A DNA stretch of 64,000 nt from Mantamonas sphyraenae STR306 (lineage: Eukaryota > Protista > CRuMs), in NCBI GenBank assembly GCA_026936335.1, contig JAPMXV010000034.1, positions 248,001 to 312,000 on the forward strand, in the 5' to 3' direction. The number at the start of each line of letters is the position of its first letter. Positions within the stretch are counted from its first letter, which is position 1. The translations under genes and the position numbers were made by a program. Below the pieces are notes generated by a model, which saw nothing but the letters and a program-made list of their open reading frames with translations, did no database searches and was not told the DNA's origin. Of the stretch, positions 48,316 through 59,439 are shown piece after piece.

Positions 48316-48516
48316 TGCTCTGACAGTGTGTTTGGTTGTTGGCTCGCCTGGCGCCACAGCCGCTCCAGCTGCCCATCGGCCCGGCCACTGAATTCCGCCT
48401 CCTGTCACCTCTGCTTTGCAATCCAGGCATCTCACTCTCACGCTGTGCAAACGCTCCCCTACGCTTCTCGGTCGTTGCCGCCCCGCCGCACAACGCAAAA
48501 AGGAACCCCCCCCCGC

Positions 48517-51103
48517 ATGGCCGACGACTACGACGACGACTTTCTGTCTTCGTCTGACGACGAGGTGCTGTCCATCAAGTTGGCCAAGGGCAGCAGCGAT
48601 CGCCATGGCCAGGGCAGCAGTGGCAGCAGAGGTGTGCAGGTGGAGAGCAACCTCACAAGCACCACCTCCACCTCGACCTCCTCTGCCACAGCGTCCTCTT
48701 CCTCCACCACCTCCACCACCTCCTCCTCCGCCCCTCCCACAGAACAACACGAGAATGCCGGGATTCCAGTGCCTGGATGCCATTGTGAACTCAGCATTAC
48801 CGTCACGTAGGTTCCAAGCGTCCACCCTCAAACCACACCAACGGACACCTTTTTCGCTGACAACAACTGCCCCGCCGCACAGCCAAATGGTCGCCGAAGA
48901 CTCCAGGGACAAGTACACCACTTCCAACTCCCAGTCTCTGGGCAGTGAGCCTGTCGTGGACATGATTGCAGTGGTCTATGAGCAGACCGACGACCAAACG
49001 GGACCGTTCCCCGGCTGGCAGGAGTTTGACCGCACCATGTCCGTCCGGTATGTGACCTACCTTTCCCATTCCGTGTACACCTGTTCGCCTCATGCTCACC
49101 AGGTCACTCCCTCCTCCCCCCCCCTCCCTCCTCCTCACACCCGCCGCAGCGAGCGCAAGATGCTCTCCACCGTCTCCTTCCCGAAAAACTTTCTCTTTCC
49201 CTATCCGTACGACACTCGCCTGAAGATCGCCCTGTACGAATCCTTTGACGATACGGGTCTCATGAAACAGCAGAACGAGTTTGGCAGTGTCGAGACCACG
49301 CTAGCAGACATTGTGGCGAACCCAGGCAACACAGCCATGACCAAGCTCGAAAGCACCAACGACGAAGGCCGCCACCGCACCTGCAGGATCATCCTCAAAG
49401 CCAAGTACGTGGGCCAACTGGTTACCCTGCGCCTCTCTGCCGTCTCCTTGGACAAGAAGGACCGGTTTGGCCTCAGCGATCCGTTTGTAGAGGCGTTTTA
49501 CGTGCACCCGCAACGCGGCCTGCAGCCAGCCTTCAACACGGACGTGGTGATTGCGAGCCTCGATCCTGTGTGGCAGCCCGTCACGCTGAGCATGGCCCGG
49601 CTTTGCAGGCACCACCCCACCCACAAGCTGCTTGTTCGCGTCTTTGATTGGGATGGCAGCGGTGACTTTGACTTTATTGGCGAGTGTCGCACCACAGTGC
49701 ACGCCATCCTCGAGGAGGGAGTGCGTGAGTGGAAGCTCATCGAGCCCTCTTTATCCGGACGCACGGGGTACACGCACAGCGGCGTGTTGCATCTGGACGC
49801 CATCGAGTTGCAGGACGGCCCGCCAGGCTTTGTCGAGGCGTACACGGCCGAGGACGAGGACGAGGACGAGGACGCAGAAGCAGACAGGAACAACGCAAGC
49901 TCCGCCAGTGCCGAGGATGAGGAGCCGTACGATCCGTTTGATCCCTACCTGCACGATCCGCCACTGCCCGAGTTTGACGAACTGCGCTCGATTGTTCGCG
50001 AGTGGGCTCGCGAAGACAAGGCCAAAGAGGCTGAACAGGCGCAACTCAAGGAAGACGAGCTGCCACGCATCCACTTGCCACTGATGGGCACACTGCACCA
50101 CAGCAGTGGGCGCAAACACAAACGACACCACCACCACCATCAACACCGTCACGCACACACACACACACACGGCCGCTCGCCAAGAAAGGCAGGCACTCAC
50201 CCAGGACGCCTGTCATCGTCATTGATCACACCGTATGCAGGCAAAGAACAGCCTGTGGTCGAGGTCAGCAGCGAACGAAGCAGGTTGTCGGGTTTGTGGA
50301 GAGACGCTGCCATGAAGGTGGCCGCAAACTCGCCACGCAGCAAGGAGCTGCCACCAACCCCCAGCAGCAACGCAAGCAAGCAATGGGAAGAAACGTTGGG
50401 CAGCATCATCGTGGAGATGAACAAGGTGCATCAACGTGAAAAGGCGCTGAAACGCACCATGCATGGAGTGCGTGCCATTTCACGCATGCAAGCAGTCGGC
50501 TCACTGCTAGGAGCGTCTCCTACCGGGGCCAAGCGACCCTTGCAACCGGCAATGAGCACGGAGAGTGCCCATTCGCATACGTCGGGCACCCAGTCGCCAA
50601 AGACACCGCACAAGCCACTCTCGCCCCGCTCGCCGCAGACGCCGCGCACGAATGCGAGCGGTGGTCACCGACGCGCACGCAACAAAGCACAACTGGACAC
50701 GGGTTCGTCAACGCTCAAGAGGCGGCAAAAGAAGCGAGAAAAGGGAGAACGCCTCAGCAAACGGGACCTGGAGGCCGAGGCACGCAGCAGTGCCATGGCT
50801 GAGCTGCGACGAACGCAGGCGGACAAATCACAGAATCCCAAACTGACCAAGAGTCGCAACGACCTGTTTCGCCCCTGGACACGCTCGCGCATCTACGCCG
50901 CGTTTGAGACGGGCGACGGCAAGACCCCGCAGCAGCAAATCGAGATGGCTATGCAGCAACAGCGCGTGGATTCGGGCATGACAGCACGTAGGGTCAAGGA
51001 GCAGCGTGCCAAGCGGGCAGCAGAACGGAGGAAGCAGCAGCGCAAGCGAGAGATTGAGGAACGACGTCAAAGGCTCGCCAACACATTTGGTGGCACACGT
51101 TGA
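48517..51103 (+). CDS. Tandem copine-type C2 domain protein with a long charged, His-rich tail and no vWA domain (3 exons)
   Basis: LDKKDRFGLSDPFV...LDPVW...VFDWDGSGDFDFIGEC is copine C2B-like. Introns 48807-48882 and 49048-49149. Confidence 0.8.
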
Positions 51104-51178
51104 AAGGAGTCACAGGGGGGGGAGGAGGGGGGACATTGCACAGGAATTGAATTGGCTGTTTTGCTGCTGCTGTTTGGC

Positions 51179-52072
51179 TCACTTGGCCTTGGAGGCCTTT
51201 GCCTGGGCTCGCTCCTTCTCGTCGACGGCCACGACACACTGCGCGGCAAAGACGAGCTGCACGGCGTTGAGGATGGTCTTGATGGCAAAGAGCGGAGCGA
51301 AAAGGTAGGCAAGCAAGTGGTAGAAGGGCACAGTGAGGGAGCCGATGATGACAGGGAAGCCCTCGTGCCAGTGGGCGTAGTAGACGGCGGCCATGAACGC
51401 CTCTTGGCCAAAGCAGAGCAGGAACAGGAACGGCTTGTTCGTGTAGTAAAAGGTGAGGATGGCCGGCTCGCTGTGTGTGGAGAGAGGGTCGCATGCGTAC
51501 GCACACACACGGCGTGAGGGCGGATGAGGTCAGTTTGATGGGCACAATGGTGGATAGGGGAAGGGAATTCGGATCGGGAAGTGACGTCAACGCACAGCTC
51601 GTTCTCTTCTTTGTGGTGCTTTCCCATGAGCAGGGAGGAGTACATGCGCATGTAGTGGCTGGCCATGTCCAGCATGATGATGCAGATGATGGTACGTGTG
51701 TACCCAGGATAGATGTGTGCCAGGACGACAAGGAGAGCGGCGCTGGAGATGCGATCAGACACCATGTCGAGCAACGCGCCAAACTTGGTGGCTGTGCGTG
51801 AGGTGTCAGCGGACTCAACCGAGGAGAAAGCGACACACCAAGACAGAGAGGGAGTGTGGGGGGGGGGGGGTGGAGGCAACACACGTACACTGGTCAAATT
51901 TGCGTGCAGCATAGCCGTCAAAGGCGTCGAGGAAGAACGAGCAGAAGTAAAGGGAGAAGGACCACTCGGGCTCGTCAAAGGCCACGTAAAAGGCCATGAG
52001 GAGTAGAATCACGCGCACATAGCCGATGAGATTGGGAACAAACAAGTAGATGTTTTCTTTAGATTCAGCCAT
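51179..52072 (-). CDS. CDIPT: Phosphatidylinositol synthase (3 exons)
   Basis: IYLFVPNLIGYVR and the CDP-alcohol phosphotransferase motif LDAFDGYAARKFDQ.TKFGALLDMVSDR, plus LDMASHY. Confidence 0.95.
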
Positions 52073-52112
52073 GGCAGAGGCGGCAAAGGAATGCGTTGCG
52101 GCTGCCAGTGCG

Positions 52113-54390
52113 ATGTCGAAGCGGGATTTTGAAGGTGAGTGGCCTCGATGCATGGACGCAACGGACGAATTGAGGGCGTGGGAAGCCAAAGGGAGGCGTA
52201 GATTGTTGGTGACTCACTCACAGAGGACACGTCGCTGTGAATAGACCTGGACGACGGGTTTGGTAACGACGACGAGCCGCTGGCGTGGGAGGAGCCGTCG
52301 GACACACAGGGACAGAATGGACAACCCGAACGGAAAAAGAGCAAGAAGAACAGCAAGAAGCACAAAAAGGATAAGAGCAAGAAAGAGGAGGAGGAGGAGG
52401 AGGAGGAGGGCGCCTCTGGGGACATGGACTATGTCGACGTGTACGGCAGTGAGGCACAGGCAGAGGTGGTTGTGAACAAGGAAGCGTTGTTTGGGACGGC
52501 CAATCCGGTGGAGATGAAGATCAAGGTGAGTGTGAACGCGTGCACGGCAGAGGTACCAGGAAAGGAGAGTGGGGGCGAGATGTCGGGGCTGACACATCCA
52601 GCTCACCGGTGCACTGTGTGCACAGCACATCCAAGATCTGGTGACGTGGGTGCTGGCGAATGGGACCAACCCTCAGTGGGTGTTTGTCAAGAACAAGCCG
52701 CTGTGCAAAAGGGTGGTGCTGGTGCTGGCGTCGGGACTGCATTTCTCCCTGTACAGCGAGCTGGCCCAGGAGATGTCCTACATGCGCGGCAAGATGTCCA
52801 TGGTAAGTCTCATTGTCTGTCTCTCCGCTTCCGTGCTGCGGATTTTGGCTAAGCATGCTGACGCCGTTGCGTGTGCGAGAACAGCCGCTCGTCGTGCGCG
52901 CTCCAGGCTCCCACGAACGAGTGTACTCCTCTGTGTCTGCGCTACTGTCTGTGGCCAAAGAGAAGGAACCTGAGCCGAAGAAGGCCAAGAAGAGCAAGAA
53001 GAAGAAGAAGGCTGAGGCGGCAGCGGCGGCAGCAGCGGCGGAAGCCGAGAACACACCCGTCACGCGGGAACAGAAGGAGAAGCACATCGACATCCTTCTC
53101 CTGGACCTTGCTACTCGCTGGAAGAACAACTATCCAGTGACCAAGGGCGAGGAAGAGGCGCTGAAACAGTCGTACACTGAAGAACAGCTTCAGCTGAGCA
53201 ACTCGTCGTCGTCATCGTCGTCATCGTCATCGTCATCGTCATCGTCAGTGGACACCAGCCTGGTGTCGCCGCCCCGACATCACAAGTATGCGATGCCCAA
53301 AATCCGGCATGAGGAGTTTGTGGAGCTGCCGCCGCTGGGAAACGGAGAGGAGTTGCCAGAAAAGCAGTGGCTGGTGGGAGTGGACTGTGAAATGGTCAAA
53401 ACTAGCCGAGGATTGGAGTTGGCGCGTGTCACATTTGTGGATGAGGAGTGTAAAACGCTGTGGGACAGCCTGGTGCTGCCGGACAGGCCGATTGTGGACT
53501 ACAACACCCAGTTCAGTGGCATCGACGAGGAAACGCTCAAGGGGGTGACGACGCGACTGAGTGACGTGCACGCGCGCATGAAAGAGATGTTTCGTGCCGA
53601 GACGGTGTTTGTGGGCCACTCGCTGGAGAACGATTTGGTGGCGATGAAACTGTTCCACGCGCGTGTGCTGGACACGTCTCTGCTGTACCCACACAAGAGC
53701 GGCGCGCAGTTCAAGTCGTCGCTCAAGTACCTGGCCAAGAAATTTCTGAACGAAAACATCCAAAAGGGAGTCGATGGCCACGATTCGCTGGAAGACGCCA
53801 CTGCGGCGATGCGTTTGGCGCTGCTCAAGGTGCAGCACGGACCAGATTACGGCGTGGAAGGCGAAGCGGCCACAGAGAGTCTTTTTGAGGTGCTAGAGCG
53901 GCACGGCAAACGGTGTGCCATGGTGGAGCGGGCGTACACGGCGACTCAGCAGACGGCAGGAGCTGTGAGTACAATTGTGAGCGAGGACGACGGATCGACT
54001 GTCAAGAATGTGCTCAAGTGTGTGCAGCGGGGCAGCAAGCTATCGTTTGACTTTGTGTGGGCGCAGCTGTACGGTGTGCAGAACTGCGTGCGGGAAAAGG
54101 CTGGTCAGCTGAGCGTGGCGGAGAACCATGTCGAGGTGGACGATGAGGTGCGGCAGGCAGCACGCAAAGTGGACGCAAGTGTACAAGAGATTGTGGAAGG
54201 ATGTGCTCGAGACACCCTTGTGATTGTCCTTGCTGGCCAGGCGGACATGACGGTGATCAAACGCGAGCAGACACTCAAGACAGAGCTGAAGGATGCGTGG
54301 AAGCCCAACCAGCAAAAGCGATTCCGAGAGTTGGTGCATGAGGCACGCACGAGTGTTGCATTTGTGGGCATGGGGAGGAAGGAGGGGTGA
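52113..54390 (+). CDS. DEDDh RNA exonuclease, REX1/REXO5/SDN5-like (4 exons)
   Basis: GVDCEMV, VGHSLENDL, LDTSLLY and GHDSLEDA. Introns 52135-52244, 52526-52625 and 52803-52884. Confidence 0.92.
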
Positions 54391-54518
54391 AGCGGTGCGA
54401 TGGTCGGCAACACACACACACACACACGAGGGGGCGATGCACGGAACAAGAGTCGATGTGGGAAAGCATACGTGGACATTGCTGCACAATGTGTGACCTT
54501 TGTTTTTCCTGATGCTGC

Positions 54519-55613
54519 TTAACGGTTGGACTTGGCGATGCGCTCCAGCTCGTCCTTCTTCTTGATGGCGTAGCTGTTGCTGGAGGAGCTGCCGTCCTTG
54601 CTGGCGTTGGTGAGCTCGTCGGCCAGGCACTCAGCAATCGTCTTGTTGGAGCGGAAGGCGGCCTCGCGGGCACCGGTGCACAGGAGCCAGATGGCCTGGT
54701 TGACGCGGCGCAGCGGCGACACATCGACGGCCTGGCGACGGACGGTACCGGCACCACCGACACGCGTGGAGTCTTCGCGCGGGCCACTGTTGACCACGGC
54801 GTTGACCAGGATCTGCAGAGGGTTCTCGTCGGTGGTCAGGTGGATGATCTCCAGCGCGTGCTTGAGGATGCGCATGGCCATCATCTTCTTGCCGTTGTTG
54901 CGGCCCTTCATCATCAGGCTGTTGGTCATACTGCGCAAAACAAACAGGCAGTCGAGTGTGCACACAGGTGCAAGCAAGGGAATGGTGTCAGACAGCATGG
55001 CCAGGCGGGTATGTGTGTGTGCAGACGGCGGCGGGGCAAATTGGGAGGTGGCCCTCTGGAAAAATTCGCATGTGCAGGCGGCGCACACAGCACAGGCCAC
55101 AGCCACACAAGAGTGCCATGGAGAGCATCCAAGCATGGACGCTGCACAGTACAAGTGCATGTGGCTCACCGCATGTCCATAGCCACGCCTTGCGAGCCGT
55201 GGGCGCGTGCAAAAGCGCGGACGGGGTTGGGCATGTGGGTGGCGCATGCGGCGACTTGCACACACTTTGCGTGCCAGCACGCGTCCTGCGCATGTATGCA
55301 TGGTATCAAGCGCAGGAATGCACGCAAACATCGCATGCGCGGTTGCTGGTGCTCTCGGTAACATGCCAGATGCAGCTGCATGGCGTGTGCGTGTGCAAAA
55401 GGGCAGGGCGGGTTTTCCCGAAATTGCAACTCACCGCTCAACAATCGGGCATTGTGCCTTGCGGAAGCGCTTGACGCTGTAGCGGCCGGCGGTGTGCGGC
55501 AGGTACACGGCGTACTTCTGCTTGACAGCGATGTAGTCCTGCAGGGACATGTCCTTCACCTGCACGTCCTCAAAGGACCATTTGCCGAAGAGTCGAGGCT
55601 GCGTAGTGGTCAT
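54519..55613 (-). CDS. RPS5: 40S ribosomal protein uS7/S5 (coding intron 55434-54931; probable 5'UTR intron 55741-55618)
   Basis: [43 protein letters not shown] and [14 protein letters not shown]. Confidence 0.98.
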
Positions 55614-55897
55614 GGTTCTGCACACAGTGGCATCCATACGTGTCAGCTCCTTCTCCTCACCATCCACATGCTCTCCCACAGCCCATGTGTCCCATCGGCT
55701 GCACAGCCATGCCTCTCACACCCACTCGGTGCTCCACCTACAAATTGGTCTGAAAAAGTTGGGCTGGCGGCCCCAGCGCTCCTCCACCGCGCTTTGTTTT
55801 CCACGAGACACATTCCCAATGGTTCAAATTTGTTTGGTTTCCCCAAGAAGTACAGCTTCCCTTCTCCCACAACTCCATCCCGTCAGCCCAGCCGTGC

Positions 55898-56932
55898 CTA
55901 ATCGTACTCGTCGTCGTCTTCGTCGTCGTCGTCGTCATAGTCGTCCTTGGCCGCATTCCCGCCACTTTGTTCTGCCGCAGTTGTTGTTGTTGTCGTCGTC
56001 AGCGACATGATGTCGTCTCCGTCCAGCGACGGTAGCGCCAGATCCGCCGGCAGGGCCTCCTGCTCCATGCTGGAGCCCGCGCCTGCTTCTGTGTTTGATT
56101 CTGTGCCTTCCTGGCTTTGTGCTCCATTTCCCGACATTGCTTCTGATGCGATTCCTCCGCTGCTGGTCTGGCTCTGTGTTGACGCTGCCATCAGGCCGGC
56201 CTGCTTTGCCTTTGCCGCGGCGATCATTTGCTCCTGCATGCTACAACCAGCCATGATGACACGCAGAAAGAGCCCAACGCAATTCCCGTCCGTCAGGTGT
56301 TCAAAGGTGCGTCCACCGTGTCAGTCTGAACAGCCTCGCTCCCGGCCAAGGCCATGTGGCACCACTTACGCCATCAGCTCTTCCTGCGAAAGCGACGACT
56401 CCAGTTTCTTAAACTTTGGTCGCTTCTGTAAAAGACAGAAGATACGCGTACGTTCCATGTCCATCCAGAGGGGGAGGGGGGGGGGGTTGATTTGTGTGAG
56501 TGAATGTGTGTCTTTGGTGCTTCACTCCGCGTCCGCCACTCACCGCGTTTGTTTCCTTGTGGCCCGTCACTCTCTTTGCCACTTCCTCGCTGTACGACTC
56601 CAACCCCAGCTCCTGCCATGACAAACACAGCCCGCCATGTGTAAGTCATTTGTTCAACCTCCCTCCCTACTCCCCCCCCCGGGCACTCCCTGTCCGCCTT
56701 TGCCTGTGCCTCTCTGCTTCGTCAGCTGTACCTTGAGCGCGCTGACCACGTGTTCGGGCCGGATCACCTTGCGGCCGTCCTTGCTGCACACCTCGTTCGC
56801 CTCGGACGCAATGGCAGACACAAACTCTGTACAACATTTGAGCACAATGGCTCGCATCTCGGGGGTTGCCCGCATTCCGTCCGGAAGCGCCTCCTTGATG
56901 ATGGTTTCCACCGTCTTCTTCGGCAACTCCAT
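55898..56932 (-). CDS. DR1: Negative cofactor 2 beta (Dr1/NC2-beta), histone fold (4 exons)
   Basis: LPKKTVETIIKE...CCTEFVSAIASEANEVC...IRPEHVVSALK|ELG and SQEELMAMQEQMIAAAK. Confidence 0.92.
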
Positions 56933-57050
56933 TTTTGCGCTGCATCAACACACGCAACGCACACATTGGCACAGGTCCGCTCCACGTGACCCTCCAACAC
57001 AAACACACCTGTTCATGGACACACACGAGGGCACACTTCAATCCCAACCA

Positions 57051-57917
57051 ATGTTTTCCAGGTCCTCCACCCTCAAACGCAGCCACTACCGCCTCCTGGA
57101 CCACGTCGCCACCACACACACATCTCTGCGTGGCCTTGCGTCATCCGCTGACCAGGTAAACGTGAGCACAGATGGGCACGTGACCACCATCACGATCAAC
57201 CGGCCCAAGAACAAGAATGCCGTGGACAGGCTCACCGCACAGGCCCTGGCGGATGCCTTTCGCCAATTCGAACAGGACAACGACGCACGTGTTGCCGTCC
57301 TCACAGGCTCCGGTGACACGTTTTGTGCTGGGGCTGACCTCAAGGCCATGGCCGAGGATCCTTCCCGCATCAACAACCTCCACACTGACATGACCCTCGA
57401 CGGCCCCATGGGTCCCACTCGCATGGCCCTCGCCAAACCCGTCATTGCTGCCATCGAAGGTTATGCAGTTGCTGGCGGCCTGGAACTTGCTGCCTGGTGT
57501 GATCTTCGCGTGGCAAGCACAACCGCCAAACTGGGTGTGTTTTGTCGCCGCTGGGGTGTCCCACTCATCGACGGCGGCACCGTGCGTCTACCCCAGCTCA
57601 TTGGTCTTAGCCGTGCCCAGGATATGATCATTACGGGACGGGAAGTGTCTGCTGAGGAGGCCTTTTCCTGGGGTCTTGTCAATCGTCTCGCTGAGCCCGG
57701 CCACGCCCTTGCCGATGCCCAACAGTGGGCCGCAGAGATTGCAGTGGCGCCCCAGGTGACTATGAACAACGACCGCATCAGCGCCTACGCTGCTACCTAC
57801 GCTGCACGCCATGCACAGGCCCTCGCGTACGAGTTTGAGTTGGGTCTGCAAAGCCTTGACGCAGAGAAGTTTGCTGGCGCCCAACGCTTTGCCCAAGGGG
57901 AGAAAAGGCCCAAATGA
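57051..57917 (+). CDS. Crotonase / enoyl-CoA hydratase family protein with a probable mitochondrial presequence
   Basis: FCAGADLK, GPMGPTR...KPVIAAIEGYAVAGGLELA and GVFCRRWGVPLIDGGTVRLP, after an Arg/Ser-rich leader. Confidence 0.93.
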   Translation: MFSRSSTLKRSHYRLLDHVATTHTSLRGLASSADQVNVSTDGHVTTITINRPKNKNAVDRLTAQALADAFRQFEQDNDARVAVLTGSGDTFCAGADLKAMAEDPSRINNLHTDMTLDGPMGPTRMALAKPVIAAIEGYAVAGGLELAAWCDLRVASTTAKLGVFCRRWGVPLIDGGTVRLPQLIGLSRAQDMIITGREVSAEEAFSWGLVNRLAEPGHALADAQQWAAEIAVAPQVTMNNDRISAYAATYAARHAQALAYEFELGLQSLDAEKFAGAQRFAQGEKRPK

Positions 57918-58011
57918 AGCAGAAAGCAAACGGTCCACAAAAGGAAAATGGGAAACGAAAGGTCGCTGTTGCGGGAAGCGGGAAGCGACGGGCCAGCCAC
58001 CCGAATCCCCC

Positions 58012-59418
58012 ATGTTTGGTCGCCTTCGCTCCAAAGTGCCTGTTGCCACCATGGCGTCGGCGTGTCGTGCACTTGGTCCCTCTGCAGTCCCTGCGCGATC
58101 TGTGCATGTGGCCACTGTGGTCACTGTGGCTCGCCAGCAGCCGTCGGTACACGTCGGCAGGGCGACGCTTGCTGCTGTGCACATGCGCTCCACCACGCTG
58201 GGGCTTCTGACCAATGCAGAGCCAGCCTCCCACGCACAGCCCTTCGGCAGCACGCTGGCAAACCCGTTTATTGTAGATAGGCCGCGCACGTTTGCCACCT
58301 CCCCATTGTCCAGGGACGAGGGCGAGGAAAGCGCGACGACCACGGCCGCTGCCTCGGACGCAACCACGACGGGTCCGTCTGTGGTGGACGCCGTCGTGCC
58401 TCCTGTCGATCCTCAGGTGGCAGCCGACTCTGGGTTCTCCCTCATTACGGGTTTGCAGACTGTGCTCGACTCGGTGCACGACTGGTCGGGCATGCCCTGG
58501 TGGCTCACCATTGTCGCCACCACCATCACCGTACGCACCCTCCTCTTTCCCGTTGTCGTCAACACCATGCGCAACACAGCACGCATGACCTACGTCAAAC
58601 CCGAAATGGAACGACTCCAGGCAAAGCTCAACGACCTCGTTGCCTCGGGCCGCGACTCCCAGGAACTTCGCCTCCAGTACGCCCAGCAGGTGCGCGGTCT
58701 CTTCAAGAAGCACGACTGCAGCCCGTTCCGCAGCTTCCTTTCTCCCCTCTTCCAGCTGCCTATCTTTGTCAGCTTCTTCCTGGCCCTCCGTCGCATCGGC
58801 GAAAACCCAGAGCCCTTTGTCGGCTACACCTCCGAGGGCCTGGGCTGGTTCTCCGACCTCGCCGCCGCTGATCCCTACTACGCCCTGCCCATTGTGTCTG
58901 CTTCCCTCATGTGGCTCACCATCGAGGTCGGTTCCGACGGCATGGACATGAACCAGCCCAACATGAAGACCATGAAGAACGTCTTTCGCGGCATTGCCGC
59001 CGTCACCGTGCCCCTCACCGCACACTTCCCGGCAGGTGTCTTTGTGTACTGGATCAGTTCCAACAGCTTCTCCCTTGTCCAGCAGATGGTTCTCAAGAAC
59101 GAGGGCGTGCGCAAGACCCTGAACATCCCTCCCGTCCTCACGCCCCCTGCCTCCTCCAACGACGCCGCTTCCAGCAATCCCATTGCCGACTTTTTCAAGC
59201 CACCCGACGCAAACGCAGCCGCCAAGCGCAGCGATCCGCCCCCGGTGCTTTTTGCAACCAAGCCCACCCTTGATGCAGAGATTGTCGAGCGCGCTGCACA
59301 GGCCACCATCCGCGAAGTGGCCGCTACACAGGAGAACAAACAGCCTGTGCAACAGCCGCCCGTGGTCGCTCCGACAAAAGGCAAGAAGAGCAAAAAGGCA
59401 CGACGCAAGCGCAAATGA
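58012..59418 (+). CDS. OXA1: Mitochondrial inner-membrane insertase OXA1 (YidC family)
   Basis: GMPWWLTIVATTITVRTLLFP, QLPIFVSFFLALR, WFSDLAAADPYYALP and YWISSN, with a basic C-terminal tail. Confidence 0.95.
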   Translation: MFGRLRSKVPVATMASACRALGPSAVPARSVHVATVVTVARQQPSVHVGRATLAAVHMRSTTLGLLTNAEPASHAQPFGSTLANPFIVDRPRTFATSPLSRDEGEESATTTAAASDATTTGPSVVDAVVPPVDPQVAADSGFSLITGLQTVLDSVHDWSGMPWWLTIVATTITVRTLLFPVVVNTMRNTARMTYVKPEMERLQAKLNDLVASGRDSQELRLQYAQQVRGLFKKHDCSPFRSFLSPLFQLPIFVSFFLALRRIGENPEPFVGYTSEGLGWFSDLAAADPYYALPIVSASLMWLTIEVGSDGMDMNQPNMKTMKNVFRGIAAVTVPLTAHFPAGVFVYWISSNSFSLVQQMVLKNEGVRKTLNIPPVLTPPASSNDAASSNPIADFFKPPDANAAAKRSDPPPVLFATKPTLDAEIVERAAQATIREVAATQENKQPVQQPPVVAPTKGKKSKKARRKRK

Positions 59419-59439
59419 AACCGCACGCTTCCCTCCATT

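Noticed and set aside
53203-53247. (TCG/TCA)n and similar triplet runs at 15500-15560, 45870-45910, 52385-52408 and 61765-61804
   Set aside because: Ordinary coding microsatellites encoding poly-Ser, poly-Glu or poly-Thr linkers.
57051-57917. Recent bacterial gene transfer of the crotonase
   Set aside because: It looks bacterial and is intronless, but has a targeting-like leader and host-like composition, and this subfamily also occurs in eukaryotes. A tree would be needed.
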